Part shown: in pieces, positions 50,100 through 61,589 of the stretch
How the letters are laid out: each line of letters begins with the position of its first letter
Numbering within the stretch: position 1 is the first letter of the stretch
DNA from: Lepidodermella squamata
Lineage: Eukaryota; Animalia; Gastrotricha
DNA length: 64,000 bases
Assembly: GCA_047495785.1 (NCBI GenBank)
Contig: JBLDXI010000029.1
Coordinates: forward strand, 2,728,001-2,792,000
Direction of reading: 5' to 3'
The notes under the pieces: generated by a model
Database searches by the model: none
What the model saw: the letters and a program-made list of their open reading frames with translations, nothing else
What the model was told of the DNA's origin: nothing
Program-made: the position numbers and the translations under genes

Positions 50100-51847
50100 C
50101 GCTACTAAAACGAGTGTAAACTGCTACTAAATCAGTGAAACTGCTGAAAGCGTGTAAATTGCTTATAAATCACGCAAAGTGCGCGCATTTTGAATAATGT
50201 ACCTCTAAATAGAACAACTGGCTGTTAAAACGCGGACAACGGTCAACTTTTATTAGAACGGAGAAAAAGAACGAAGAAATGTTAATTTTTCCGCTGTTTT
50301 TTAGAGGCAGTGAACGAATTGTCATTAGTAGCAGCAGTAGTAGAAGCAGTAGTAGTAGTGCTTAGCAGGCTTAGCAGGCCGGCCGGCCTAAGTGGAAATC
50401 GATCGAGCCACACGATCTGCCGGCTGCTCTATCAAGGCTTTGACCGCCTTCTTCATCCGGCCACCAGCCCGACGACCTTCGACCGGCTCATTGGCCTCGA
50501 ATTTAGGCGGAACCGTCACCAAGTTCTGGCGGATACTCATCCCAAGCGAGTGATGGCAAATGTGGCGCTTTTGAAAGTCCGAGCATGAGCATTTGAAATG
50601 CGAATGAAGGCAATCGCCAGTTGCAACGAAATCTTCACATGGGCACGCGGGCGCCATGATTTTGGTGAGAAGACAACGCTCTCGCACGAAAACTTTGAAA
50701 TCGTCGAAATCCGCCCACTTGAGCGATTTCATTTGTCGTCGGTAGGTGTTAGCTTCAGTTTTGGTGATCGCAGACGCATTTGACCATCTGAAAACATTAT
50801 AAGACTGATGCTCGAACTCGACTTGCTTAATCTTCTGGTCGCTCCAGTGGACCGCATCCAGCCAAAGAGCATCAGTGACTGAGGGCGCAACGAAAAATGT
50901 CTTGCAATTAACGTCTTCGATGTCTCGGTTTCTAGACCACGCAGGAAAAACGCGCTCGACAAATAAAGCCAGCAGTTGAGCAATGGGCAGCCGCTCGCGA
51001 AGCGTAAATTGTCGCTTCAGCAAATCATTGTAGGATTCATTTCCGTTGTTGGTAGAAGGATCGCCATCAGCAAACCCTTCGAACCAGGTATTTCGCACGG
51101 AATTATCGAGCCATTCCTCGCGGAAATACTCGGCAAAATCCGGCGCCAACTCAGCCCATTTGTCAAGGAACAGTTGCGAAGATGCAGCGAAGATGCAGCG
51201 AACACGTCCATGCAATCGGCATGTAGCAGGTAATGAATTTGTGAAAAACACTGCTTATTTTCGCCTCGACCGCATTTAGAGCAGTTTTTGTATCGCTACT
51301 CGCCGTCAGCGGTGCGATAGCTTTGACCAGTGGTCCATTTGGCGTCTGGGTTCAGCTTCGTGGCGTAAATTGATGCGTCTTCCAGTGAAGCAAAGCGACC
51401 AGCAAGGCGCCAACATTGTTCGCCGCCTCTCACACCGCCGCGCTGCGAAGCCCCCGCATGTCTTCATCATCACCTTGATCGCTGAGGTCTGCCGAATCTT
51501 GGTCATTCTCCTGGTCCTCATTCGACGACGATTCGCCTTCAGATGAGCTGAGTTGCTCATTTTCATCATCAAAAAAATTTGTTGCCATCTTAAACGTCTA
51601 GGTGAAAAGCTGAGAGCGTGAAAAATAGTGATAACAGGAATTACTCGTTTTAATGGTAAAAGTACATAAAATAGGAGCGAATTGGCGGATTAACATCAGT
51701 TTCATCAAAATACAAGCCCTCCACCATATTTAGCGTCACATTTTGTTGTTTATCAGCACACCTGACGTTTCGTGCGCACTTTGACCTATTATGTAACACT
51801 TCGCGCGAAATAATAGCAATTCGCGTGCCTGTTTTAGTAGCAGTTTT
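50100..51847 (-). mobile_element. Defective MULE/Mutator transposon with SWIM zinc finger
   Basis: ORF 50388-51251 has YFREEWL, STNNGNESYN and SWIM CSCSDFQKRHICHH; acidic N-terminal relic at 51300-51590; inverted repeats aaactgctactaaa / tttagtagcagttt. Confidence 0.8.
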
Positions 51848-51859
51848 ACCGTTTATAGA

Positions 51860-52670
51860 GTGTCAATCGCACGCACCCGAAAACAAACAACTGGGTACTG
51901 CGAAGAAATGGACTTAGTGTTGCGGAATGGACGATGGCTTTGAAAATGTCGACTAACACGGCTCCAGTTAGAGGTGTACCGGGTGTCAGCCAGGACGGAC
52001 GCCAGTGCCGCCGATGCGGCGCTGAGATTGAATCCCTAGCACACGTTCTGGGCGCCTGCCCCTTTAACTCGCTGCTGATAACGTCGAGGCACAACAAAAT
52101 CCGCCAGAAGATTGCTTTGGAACTACGACGCCAAGGATACAACGTCACTGAAGAGGGACACTGTATAGCCGAAAACGGATTCTCTCGGCGTTTTGATATA
52201 TTGGCATTTCGAAGAAGAAGCAGACATGGAGCAATCATCGACCCTACAATTAGATTTGAATCATCAGAAGGTCAATTCGGAGATGTCGACATTGAGAAGC
52301 GTTCGATCTACGAGCCGTGTAGCAAGTTCATCTGCGAAGCCTTTGATTTGGACTCGATAGAAGTACACGGCCTTTATATCGGCACACGGGGCTCGCTAAC
52401 CAAAGAAGCGATCCAATTACTTCAAGATTACGGAATCAGCAGCAGTACAGCTGTTGATATGGCCCATCAAATTCTTAAGGATAGCATTAGGATCCTGAAT
52501 AATCATCTTTACTCAAACCTACTCCAACCTACTCAAAGACGCTAACTAATCAATCAATCAAGCAATTAATTCATCAATTAACCTCATCAAATTATAAACT
52601 TAATAATTTATAATCCTGTGTCTCAAAGGCAATGTTATAGTTTGTATATAACACAGTATACCAATAAAAG
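51860..52670 (+). mobile_element. 5'-truncated RLE-type non-LTR retrotransposon (R2/NeSL/R4 group)
   Basis: CCHC knuckle CRRC...HVLGAC, RHN, and restriction-like endonuclease RFDIL...IIDPTIRFE...EKRSIY; AATAAA at the 3' end. Confidence 0.85.
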
Positions 52671-53012
52671 GTTTTCTCTAAGTTTGACCATTAAACGTAA
52701 ATTCAAATTACGATCAGTGCTCAAAAAGCCGACCGTACTTCATCATTACGTTGGGCTCCTTAAAGTACGATCGAATGAGTCATCAAAATGGTTGTTTTGG
52801 CGCGTCGCTAACGATATATCGAACACGAATGAGAGAACAATCATTTGAATTGAGTTGAAAGAACCATAACTGAATTTGTGCAATTGATATGTAATAATTT
52901 AATCTACTTACCGTAAAATCCGAAATAAAGGCGCAGGGCCTTATATTTTCATAGCAACTGAAAACTGAGGGCTTAATACGGAAGAGGCCCAATTGTAGGC
53001 TGTGGTTTTATT

Positions 53013-54661
53013 AGGCTTTTTCACACTACGGTGAAGTGAAGAAAATTGAAGCATTTTTTTGAGAAAATAAATTCCATGTAGTGTGAACACGTGCTCTGGT
53101 GATCACAAAAAATTCACCACTACGTTGAAGTTATTATCTGAGATTGCAAATCGCCATATAAATGAAAAAAATTCATCACCGCTAATCCACGCGATCTGGT
53201 TAAAAATCATTTTTTCCTAAAAACCAAGTGTGAACATATCTAAAGTTGAAGTGTTTTTTTATATTTTTTTTCGAGCTCGGTAAAGCGCGTGCATCAAATC
53301 AATGCAAATTCTTTACCGCACTTATACCCCAGCACGAGCTGATTGAAGCTGGCGATCTTTTTTCACTTAAACAGTAGTGTGAACGCCAGAAGTTAACTTA
53401 GCGATGAGTGGGCAAATGCCTTCTATGCTCTAATAATTATAAGAAAATTAGTATAACCATGGAGCCTGAATATTTGCAAGTAAGAATAAGGCCAGACAAC
53501 AGTTTTATGCGTGCTTATAGATGTGCCGAAAACCGAAAAACCACTAGCTATCGATAGGATTAAATACCTAGGCTCAAAAGAGGTCTGTTTTGCAACGGAC
53601 ATTCTTGAATTTATGATATCAATTATCAATTTATGAGATGGGGCTGTACGACACATATGAGCAGAGACTTTTGAGCAATGCGGTCGATTAATCATTCACG
53701 AATATGCTGAGACGTTTCAGCGGCGACATTTGCGCAGTGATTACTTTTCATGTACGATTCAGCAATGGTTCTCTTATATTTAACCCAATCCCAGTCTTTT
53801 CCGATTGTTGCTGTTTCATCTCGGTAGCATTTACGCTGTGACATAAGCATTCACGGCAATTTCACGGCAAGAAAAATTTCCTAGAGTTTCAGCCGTACTC
53901 GGATAGAGAACAGTGGAATTAACTAAAAGTTGAGTTCAATTGCATCTACATTTTTACAACTTGAAATTTTCAATAAAGTTTGATCGTCCCTTGCTCATTT
54001 GCCGCGGCTTAATTCTCACTGAACTTTCGGGCCCGATGAATTGTTGCCACAAATTTGTCAATAATTGTCAAAACTCTAAATAATTTTTAAAATTTTTCCT
54101 GACAGTGTCACTGATAAAATAGGTCACTACTGATTCGACCGTCATTTGCTAGAAAGTCACAGCGCTGAAAAGTCTGACCACCAATATTTATTACTCACTC
54201 ATGAGTTGATTGCTTTTACTGATCAGCAGTCGAGGGTTATATTAGTTAGGTATTTGCAATTCTAGAAAATTCGAAAAAAAATTCTAATAATTAAAAATTG
54301 CTTGACCCTGAATAAACCTCAAATCTGAAATATAAGGCCCGGTATAACAGAGACTGGCAAAAAGAGCACGCTTAGACGCTTAGATTTAGCAATAGATAAA
54401 TCAATCCCTCCAAGGGCGTGAAATCCCTGGACTGTTTCGATTTACCCCGCCTATTTACTTGCTTAATATCGATAGAGACAACTAAAACGGGTTCTGGGTT
54501 GTATAAAGTGCCGTTGCACAGCTTTATGCTATCAAAAAGCCTATTTAGCTTCAACAGAAGCGTTCACACTACGAAATTTTAACATCACTTCAACGCACTT
54601 CAACGAGCACGCGACCGGTTAACGCTTTTTTACTTCACTTTACCGTAGTGTGAAAAAGCCT
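53013..54661. mobile_element. Non-autonomous PIF/Harbinger-like element
   Basis: About 29-bp TIR aggctttttcacactacggtgaagtgaag / cttcactttaccgtagtgtgaaaaagcct with 3-bp duplication ATT. Confidence 0.75.
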
Positions 54662-54695
54662 ATTTAGTTAAATATTCAAAGGTTCCGATGTTAAA

Positions 54696-57600
54696 ATGAA
54701 AGCTATCACAAATTTAACAAATTTCAAATGTCTTCTTCGTAGAGGTCATTTATACTTTTCTCGTTCTCCTCGAAAAAATAGAAAACATCGAAAATCAAAT
54801 CGTGCTTTGAATCGTAAGGAATTTTTCGAATTTACTTGGGGTACTCAAAATTTCAGCACAGGAAAAGATAAAACAGCTCCTGCTGCTCAAGAAATGAAAG
54901 ACCGCCAAATTGATGTTTTGATTGGGCAAGAATTTCGTAAAAAAGGTAAGGGAAAAAATCGGTGAATGGTGTTTGCGTTTTACATTCAGGGGTCGATGCG
55001 AGCGCCGCGAGAAACCGCGATGGAGTAGTAACTTTTACAGCGGAGAATCCCGAAATTTTAATTACCGGTGATGAGATGATCGATGAACGACTGCAAATTG
55101 TGAAATTAAAAATTGGCAACCAAAAAATTATAATAATGAACATATATGCGCCTGCGGAATCTGGGACAGATGCGTTGGATATTTTCATTGCAAAAGTAGA
55201 GAGTAAACTAGAGGAGCTTGAGCGATCTAAAGACAGCGATGAAATTATTCTTATTGGCGGTGATTTGAATGGCGAAATAGCTAAGGGTGGGGAGGAAAGC
55301 GAGGTGATAGGTGAATACGCTTCGCAAACAGGTAACGAAAAAGGTGAACGGTGGTTCGATTTTGCCAGCCGAAATGGCTACTGCTTCATAAATACCTTCT
55401 TTCCAAATTGTGGTTACACTTTCTTTCGGCACCACAAAACCACTGGAGAAAATCGACGATCATTTATTGACTATTTATTGCTACCTCAATACTTAAGAAA
55501 AAACGTTTTCGCCTGCGAAACGATAGCAGATGCTTGTTTGGGCCCTGATCATTTGTTATTATGTGTACGGATGAGATTCGAACTGGACCGCAAAAATGAT
55601 ATAGTTGAAGAGGCATGGCGCACGGCTCATGAGCGGCTAGACAGCCAACTTTTTCTAATAAATTGAAGCAGGTGATGGACCAGAAATTAAGTGACGTAGA
55701 TAGGACAACTTCAGCTGAGGATGTGTGGCTAAAACTGAAGACGCTGGAGGCGGAAAGTGCAAAAATCTGCGGGAAAAAACGAGTTAGGAAAAATGGTAAG
55801 CGAACTAGGTGGTGGGGCAATAAAACTAGGAAAAAAGCAGCGGCGAAAAAGCGGAAATTTAAACTATTCGCGAAGGAAAGGAAACGGTTAGATGAACTCG
55901 GCGTTGCTACTAGCGCAGATTTGAATAAACTGTGGGACGATTACGTTGAGGAGCGCAACAGCGAAAAGAAGGTTATAAGACAGGCTAAGGACGAAGTCAA
56001 AAAGGAACTTGGAAATAAGTTCTACGCGCTCAGAGATAAGCCTCAGGTAGCACAGTCGTTCTTTTGGCATCTAATAGCTTCTCTAACTAAAGGGTCGGGC
56101 AAGCACGACTATAAAATTGTAATCGAAGACGAAAATGGGAGGATTTTATCAGACAAAATTCAAGTAGCAGACAGATGGAGACGTTATTTTATGGGAGTTG
56201 TAGATGGGGTGGAAATATTAGCTGATGAAATAAATAAATTGAATGAAAATTTAGAATTTACTAGTAAATGTGAAACGCGCGTCATGAAACCGGTAACACG
56301 CGACGAGATTCAGCTCGCAATTTCAAAGGAAAAATTAAGAAAATCACCCGGTCTCGATGAAATTAGATTAGAAATGCTTAATGCGCTACAAAATTCGAAA
56401 ATTGAATGGCTAGAGTTTCTCTTCAATAAAATATGGATGTGGCTATGTGAACACAGGAAAAGTGTATCGCGCATTGGCTATGCGTACACACATTGCGTGA
56501 CACACAGCCAAATTTAAGCGCGCACTGTGTTCAAGTAGCCAATCACGCACACACAATGTGTACGCATAGCCATTGGGCGATACACAATCCTGTGTTCACA
56601 TAGCCATGACCATAAAATATGGGCTGAAAAACGCGTTCCTGATGATTTTCTGAATTTAATTCTGATCCCAGTGCCAAAAAAAGGAGATTTAAATAAGTGC
56701 AATAATTACCGCGGCATAAGTCTAATTAGTATCGTTGCAAAATGTTACGCGCGAATTCTTGAAAAGCGGCTTCGCGATGAAATAAATATAAAACTGGAAG
56801 AATTTCAACATGATTTTATGCAAAACAAAGGCACGGGCGACTGCACCTTCATATTAAGGCAAATAATGGAGACAATTATTGAATTTAACAGGAGCATTTT
56901 TATAACTTTTATGGACCTGGAAAAGGCTTACGATTTGTCGACCGCGATCAAGTTTGGAAAGCGCTCGAAGACCTAGGAGTTTCTCGCGATCTTATAGATA
57001 ATATTAAGGCATTATACAGGGATAGCATTGCTACTGTGCGAGTAAATGGCGTTAGCGCGAAACCCTTCCGGGTGACCAAGGGACTGAGACAAGGCTGCCC
57101 ATTGTCGCCCCTGTTATTCATAGCAGTATTTAATGTAGTTTGCAAGCGAGTTAAATTAGAAAAAACAGGTATCCCCCTAACTGACGATGAGTGGCTGATG
57201 TTACTAGCATTCGCGGACGATACTGCTTTATTATCGCAAGATTCGGAGAAAATGCAATTGATTATAGATATTTTTGTTGAGGCGTGTGGACACTTGGGCT
57301 TGAAAATTAATGTTCCAAAAACCAAATTCATGAGAGTTAATAAAAATGACTGCAATTTACATTTACCTTTTTTCCATCTACGGGCAGTACATTGAAGAAG
57401 TTGATGAATTCGTATATTTGGGAAGTGTTATCACGTCTGACGGCAGGTGTAAGGCTGATGTAAGGAATCGTTTAGAAAAAGGCAACAAAGCGTTTGGCGC
57501 TATGCGTAAGTATATTTTTGGCAATCGATCTGTCCCGACTAAAGAAAAAATGAAATGTTTAAAGGGCGTTGTGGATGCGACTATCATGCATGGCAGCGAA

Positions 57601-58279
57601 AGTTGGACGTTAACTTCTGAGGATGCGAGGCGACTCGACGTAGGCTATATGCGTTATTTGCGTAAGATATGCGGAGTAACACTTAGGGACAGGATTCGCA
57701 ATGAGGTCATTAGAAATATGTGTGGTTCAGAACAATTTACATTCAAAATTGCTAGGCGGCAACTTCGCTGGTACGGGCACGTCGCTCGCATGGACCCCGT
57801 AAGGCTGGCAAGCCAGATGCGGTACTGGCAGCCGCCGGATGATACTTGGAGTAGACCTCGAGGGCGACCAAAATTAAGGTGGATTGACTGCATCAAAAAA
57901 CATTTGAACAAATTAGGGATTAACAATTTTGAGGAGGCCGACGCCCTGGCCCAGGATAGAACTACTTGGAGACAAAAAATTCATAGTTATTTTGGTGAAA
58001 TTGAAATATCAGAGTAAGGATGAGTTTTTGAGGTTGACGATCAGGATAGGTAGCTTGCTACCGGTCCTCCTCCGACACTCGGTTCGCTTGGCGTGAACAA
58101 AATTTACATCACGCCCGGCGAATTGGGCACACCGGAGTGAATTTTATTTTATCATTTTTCCTTCTCATTTTTGTTTCTTCGTTTCTGTACTTGAAATCAA
58201 TTGTTATTATTATGTTATTGTTGATCAAGGAAAAGATAAAATAAAGAAAATGCTATGCTATGCTATGCTATGCTATGCT
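54696..58279 (+). mobile_element. Near-full-length RTE-clade LINE, inactivated
   Basis: EN (TWGTQN, GQE, YAP, GDLN, IDY, DH) and RT (KSPGLD, NYRGISL, DLEKAYD, GLRQGCPLSP, FADD, YLGS, RPRGRP); at least three frameshifts plus a MITE; (ATGCT)n tail at 58250-58279. Confidence 0.92.
56435..56611. mobile_element. MULE-like foldback MITE inside the RTE
   Basis: GG...CC termini, long inverted arms (tggctatgtgaacacagga / tcctgtgttcacatagcca), 9-bp TSD ATAAAATAT; removal restores NKIW-AEKRVP. Confidence 0.9.
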
Positions 58280-59123
58280 CGTTCTCCTCGCTATCTTTCT
58301 TGATTATCAAGAACATGGGTGCGTTTTTTGCTGCTTTTTGAGCCAAAATATCTCGGCCAGCCTCGCAGAGCTTTCCAGGGCGGAAACCGATCATAATTTC
58401 CAGTTTCACCGCGATTTTTATCATATTTTCAATCACAAACTTACCACGCAATTCAAAAGTTATTAGTCATGTGAGGCATGCTGAAGTTTTATTTGCACAC
58501 CGCGGTACTAAAATAGGCCAGAGGACTTATACGTAGTAGTAATAGTATGCCGGAGCTGGCTCACCCGCCTGAAAATGAAATTTCCAGCTCCTAGCATATT
58601 CTCCACAGGAAACTTTCGGCTTTTGCATGGGGCTTTACGAAATGCATAAATCGGCGCCAAATAATCAAAATCGCCTCCTAGGCATATCCAACTCGAATTT
58701 AAATCAATTATTTCGATCCCTCAAATTTTCAGCTTCGTAAAATTTAAAAACAGCCCTAAAAAGGGGTGTTTCTGGGAACATCGCCTAAAAATTGAATTTG
58801 CACTGGATATGAAATGCTGTCTATAGAATTTAATTATCGGCTCTTGCAAGAGCCGATATTTTTTATCTTTTAGATACAGCTGTTTTCGTACTCCGCATTG
58901 TTTTTGATGCCTGAGGTAAATAAGAATTTGAAATTATGCTCACTGAAATGAAACATCTCAGGGAAAATATGTGCTAAATTAAAATGATTAAATAATGTAA
59001 ATGCTCAAACAAACTAAATATTTAGTTGCGAATAACGCGGAGGATTTTCCGGATTCGAAAACATTGAAAAAGTCAAATCTGAAATTTCCCTATCCCTATC
59101 GGACATTTGAATATTCAAATGAA

Positions 59124-59732
59124 TTATCGACTTTTTACATTTAATTGCAACTCTTGAATCTTTTTTATAAACTCCTTTTTTATTTCATCATCACTAACGA
59201 AAGATTTACTCTCCAAATCTTTTTTAATCGGAGCCTTCATCTCTAAGTATTTTTCATACTCTTTTGTTATGATTTTGTATTCGCTTTCGCTAATGAAGTT
59301 GTCATCTAGAGCTTTTGATATCAGATCATTTATCGAATTCAACTTGCTGATAGCTAGCATGCATAATCTCTCATGCTTCTCAGCCTTCTTCATCAGCTGA
59401 TTAGCACCAATGCCAAAGCCGATGCCAACAAGTCCAGATCCGATAGAAACAGCTTCTAAAACTATAACTATAGGCGCACTTATTACAGTTGTTAAAAGCC
59501 CAATTCCTCCTACACCAAGTCCAATGGACATTGATGACAGGCCAATGTTAACGCCACTAAGGGCATTTGCTGATCTTTTGTACTTATCATAGCATTTTAG
59601 GCGGTAATCAATCTCGTTTTTGAGTATTTCTTTAAGCTTTTTTATTTCACTAATCCTGAATTCCTGAGTACTGTTAGTCTCTAAACGCGTTTCTAATTTA
59701 GGAGCTGTCGGATAAATATTATGCTCGGTCAT
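59124..59732 (-). CDS. Polinton membrane-active protein (resembles adintovirus GasderminX-type ORFs)
   Basis: Central Gly-rich double hydrophobic hairpin flanked by charged helices; FRISEI, KYKR, KH and SKLN.I...ISKAL.D motifs, recalled from Maverick ORFs. Confidence 0.6.
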   Translation of the reverse strand: MTEHNIYPTAPKLETRLETNSTQEFRISEIKKLKEILKNEIDYRLKCYDKYKRSANALSGVNIGLSSMSIGLGVGGIGLLTTVISAPIVIVLEAVSIGSGLVGIGFGIGANQLMKKAEKHERLCMLAISKLNSINDLISKALDDNFISESEYKIITKEYEKYLEMKAPIKKDLESKSFVSDDEIKKEFIKKIQELQLNVKSR

Positions 59733-60463
59733 TTATATATTAAACTAGAAATTCTTAGATAAAATTTACAAGATATTTTCGACTTGGTTGTCAATAACAC
59801 CTGAAATTTATCATCTTTATCGAAGTTATCAATCATTTCTAAGTGTTCTAAGCGTGTTTCTCCGAGCTGATTATAGGTGAAGTATTTCGTTCCTAGATCA
59901 TGGTACTCATTTCTTACGAAGCTGATTGCAATTGAGTTGCTTTCTCCATTTATGGCTACCCAAAGTTGTATACGAGCTAATAACGATTCCTTAATTACTA
60001 CTGAACCAGGTAGAATCCCATCTCCTTCAATATCTTCCTCTATTAAGGCATTGCTACTGTCAATCGAAATATGAGATGAATGTTGAGTACTAAATACCAG
60101 GAATTTTTTATTTTCAACACTATTATGTCCGGATACGAAAAGATGACTACTTTCTTGATTCGTTCCAGAGATGTTCTCTATATCCTGTTCAATTTTGGTT
60201 TTAAACAAATTGAAAGTCGCCACATGTGCTAAAAGCTTATCCTCACAGCCTTTCTTAAAATTCTCTCGTTCAGTTATAACGGCTTTTAAATTAACTGCAT
60301 CGTTATTGTGCTTAGGATCGCCAACGTTTTCTATTCTCATATTATTCATGTTTAAATTCCCTGAAAACGGTATTGAACCATCACTACGAATATATTCATT
60401 GTTTCCTTTATTTTTTATAAACTCATTCCATTCTTTAGGGATAAAAATCAGTGAGCTTTTCAT
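59729..60463 (-). CDS. Putative fibre/spike protein
   Basis: DGSIPFSGNLNMNNMRIENVGDP..NDAVN fibre-like repeat, then a coiled coil, then a beta-rich C-terminal head. Confidence 0.5.
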   Translation of the reverse strand: MKSSLIFIPKEWNEFIKNKGNNEYIRSDGSIPFSGNLNMNNMRIENVGDPKHNNDAVNLKAVITERENFKKGCEDKLLAHVATFNLFKTKIEQDIENISGTNQESSHLFVSGHNSVENKKFLVFSTQHSSHISIDSSNALIEEDIEGDGILPGSVVIKESLLARIQLWVAINGESNSIAISFVRNEYHDLGTKYFTYNQLGETRLEHLEMIDNFDKDDKFQVLLTTKSKISCKFYLRISSLIYK

Positions 60464-60954
60464 TCTTGATTTAAAACTAGATTTAATTTATCCTCCCATT
60501 TTTTTATCAACTCAGGTTTCCTATCAATTTTAATTCGATTAGCTATGTGTGTCAATCCAAGTCGTTTACAGATGTATTGTATAACGAATAGCAGATTTAC
60601 CATATTTTTCTTTGGGAACATTTTGAAATACAATCTATCAAGTTTTGCATACATACACATAATCATATCTAATTCTATACCATTGATATGAAAATCGTTT
60701 TCCCTGATCACTGACATGATATGCCATTTACGTTTATAAGGTCTTGTAAAAGTTTTGAAGGTAACTGGTTCACAGTAAGGATAGCAGCGACCACAGCTCG
60801 TACAGATGTTGAAATTTTCATGATAATCAGGAAATAGATCAATTTTACAAACTTCGCATGTCATGTATTTGTGTGCGAGGTTTTCATATGATCCACTTCT
60901 ATCGATTTTGTAATGCCAGTCAAAAATCTCTTCGTCAGTAAATTGTCTCTCCAT
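60460..60954 (-). CDS. VLTF3-like (poxvirus/NCLDV late transcription factor 3-like) zinc-ribbon protein
   Basis: CEVC...CTSCG followed by YKRKWH and a helical C-terminus with KNMVNLLFVI. Confidence 0.6.
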   Translation of the reverse strand: MERQFTDEEIFDWHYKIDRSGSYENLAHKYMTCEVCKIDLFPDYHENFNICTSCGRCYPYCEPVTFKTFTRPYKRKWHIMSVIRENDFHINGIELDMIMCMYAKLDRLYFKMFPKKNMVNLLFVIQYICKRLGLTHIANRIKIDRKPELIKKWEDKLNLVLNQE

Positions 60955-60988
60955 AAACTATTAAATAGACTAATCTTTAAATAAATTT

Positions 60989-61120
60989 TCAAACAATAAA
61001 TTTACATTTTTTAGATTTACATTGGCTGCATATACATTGCACCATTTTTCTATTATTTCTTGTGATAACAACTTGTTCATTAAGATTTCCAGTAACTTTT
61101 TTACACTTCAGACAGAACAT
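60989..61120 (-). CDS. 43-aa zinc-ribbon protein (DUF5679-like), below the ORF-track cutoff
   Basis: MFCLKCKKVTGNLNEQVVITRNNRKMVQCICSQCKSKKCKFIV*; fills the intergenic gap and carries the shared upstream motif. Confidence 0.75.
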   Translation of the reverse strand: MFCLKCKKVTGNLNEQVVITRNNRKMVQCICSQCKSKKCKFIV

Positions 61121-61133
61121 GCTTACATAATGA

Positions 61134-61589
61134 CTAGAAATAAAAATTGAACCAATTCAATAATATCGCATCATTTTCTGCGCTATTATTATTTTCAAAG
61201 TCTAGTAATATGTCAAGCTTATCACGTCCTTTACTTAGTTCATGTAAAAAGTAAATGCAATAAAAACCGCAAGCTACTGATTTTGAATTTTGTATCTCAT
61301 GAGTGCTATAATAAATATCTCTACCATTCTTTTTCGATAAAATCTCATTAGGACATACGAAACCAAAACTATCGAAATATATTATTTCCGATTTATCAAC
61401 TTTCATACATACCCAATGTGTACCGGATTTATTATCTAAATTAATTACATAATATCCGTTTATTAATGTTTCAGGCAATTTATCTCTAGGGTAACAACCT
61501 ATATATTCTCTTCCCAATTTCAATGATAAGATATTATCTATATGCCAATTTGAAAGTGGGAAGAAATTTCTTAGTTTTTTGACTCCCAT
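61134..61589 (-). CDS. Adenain-like (Ulp1-fold) cysteine maturation protease
   Basis: INLD..SGTHWV, YFDSFG and IQ...SVACGFYC supply the His-Asp-Gln-Cys catalytic set. Confidence 0.92.
   Translation of the reverse strand: MGVKKLRNFFPLSNWHIDNILSLKLGREYIGCYPRDKLPETLINGYYVINLDNKSGTHWVCMKVDKSEIIYFDSFGFVCPNEILSKKNGRDIYYSTHEIQNSKSVACGFYCIYFLHELSKGRDKLDILLDFENNNSAENDAILLNWFNFYF

Noticed and set aside
58040-58130. HDV-like ribozyme (cctcctc and ggcgaat motifs)
   Set aside because: The P1/P2/P3 pseudoknot could not be built; a simple 3' UTR stem-loop fits better
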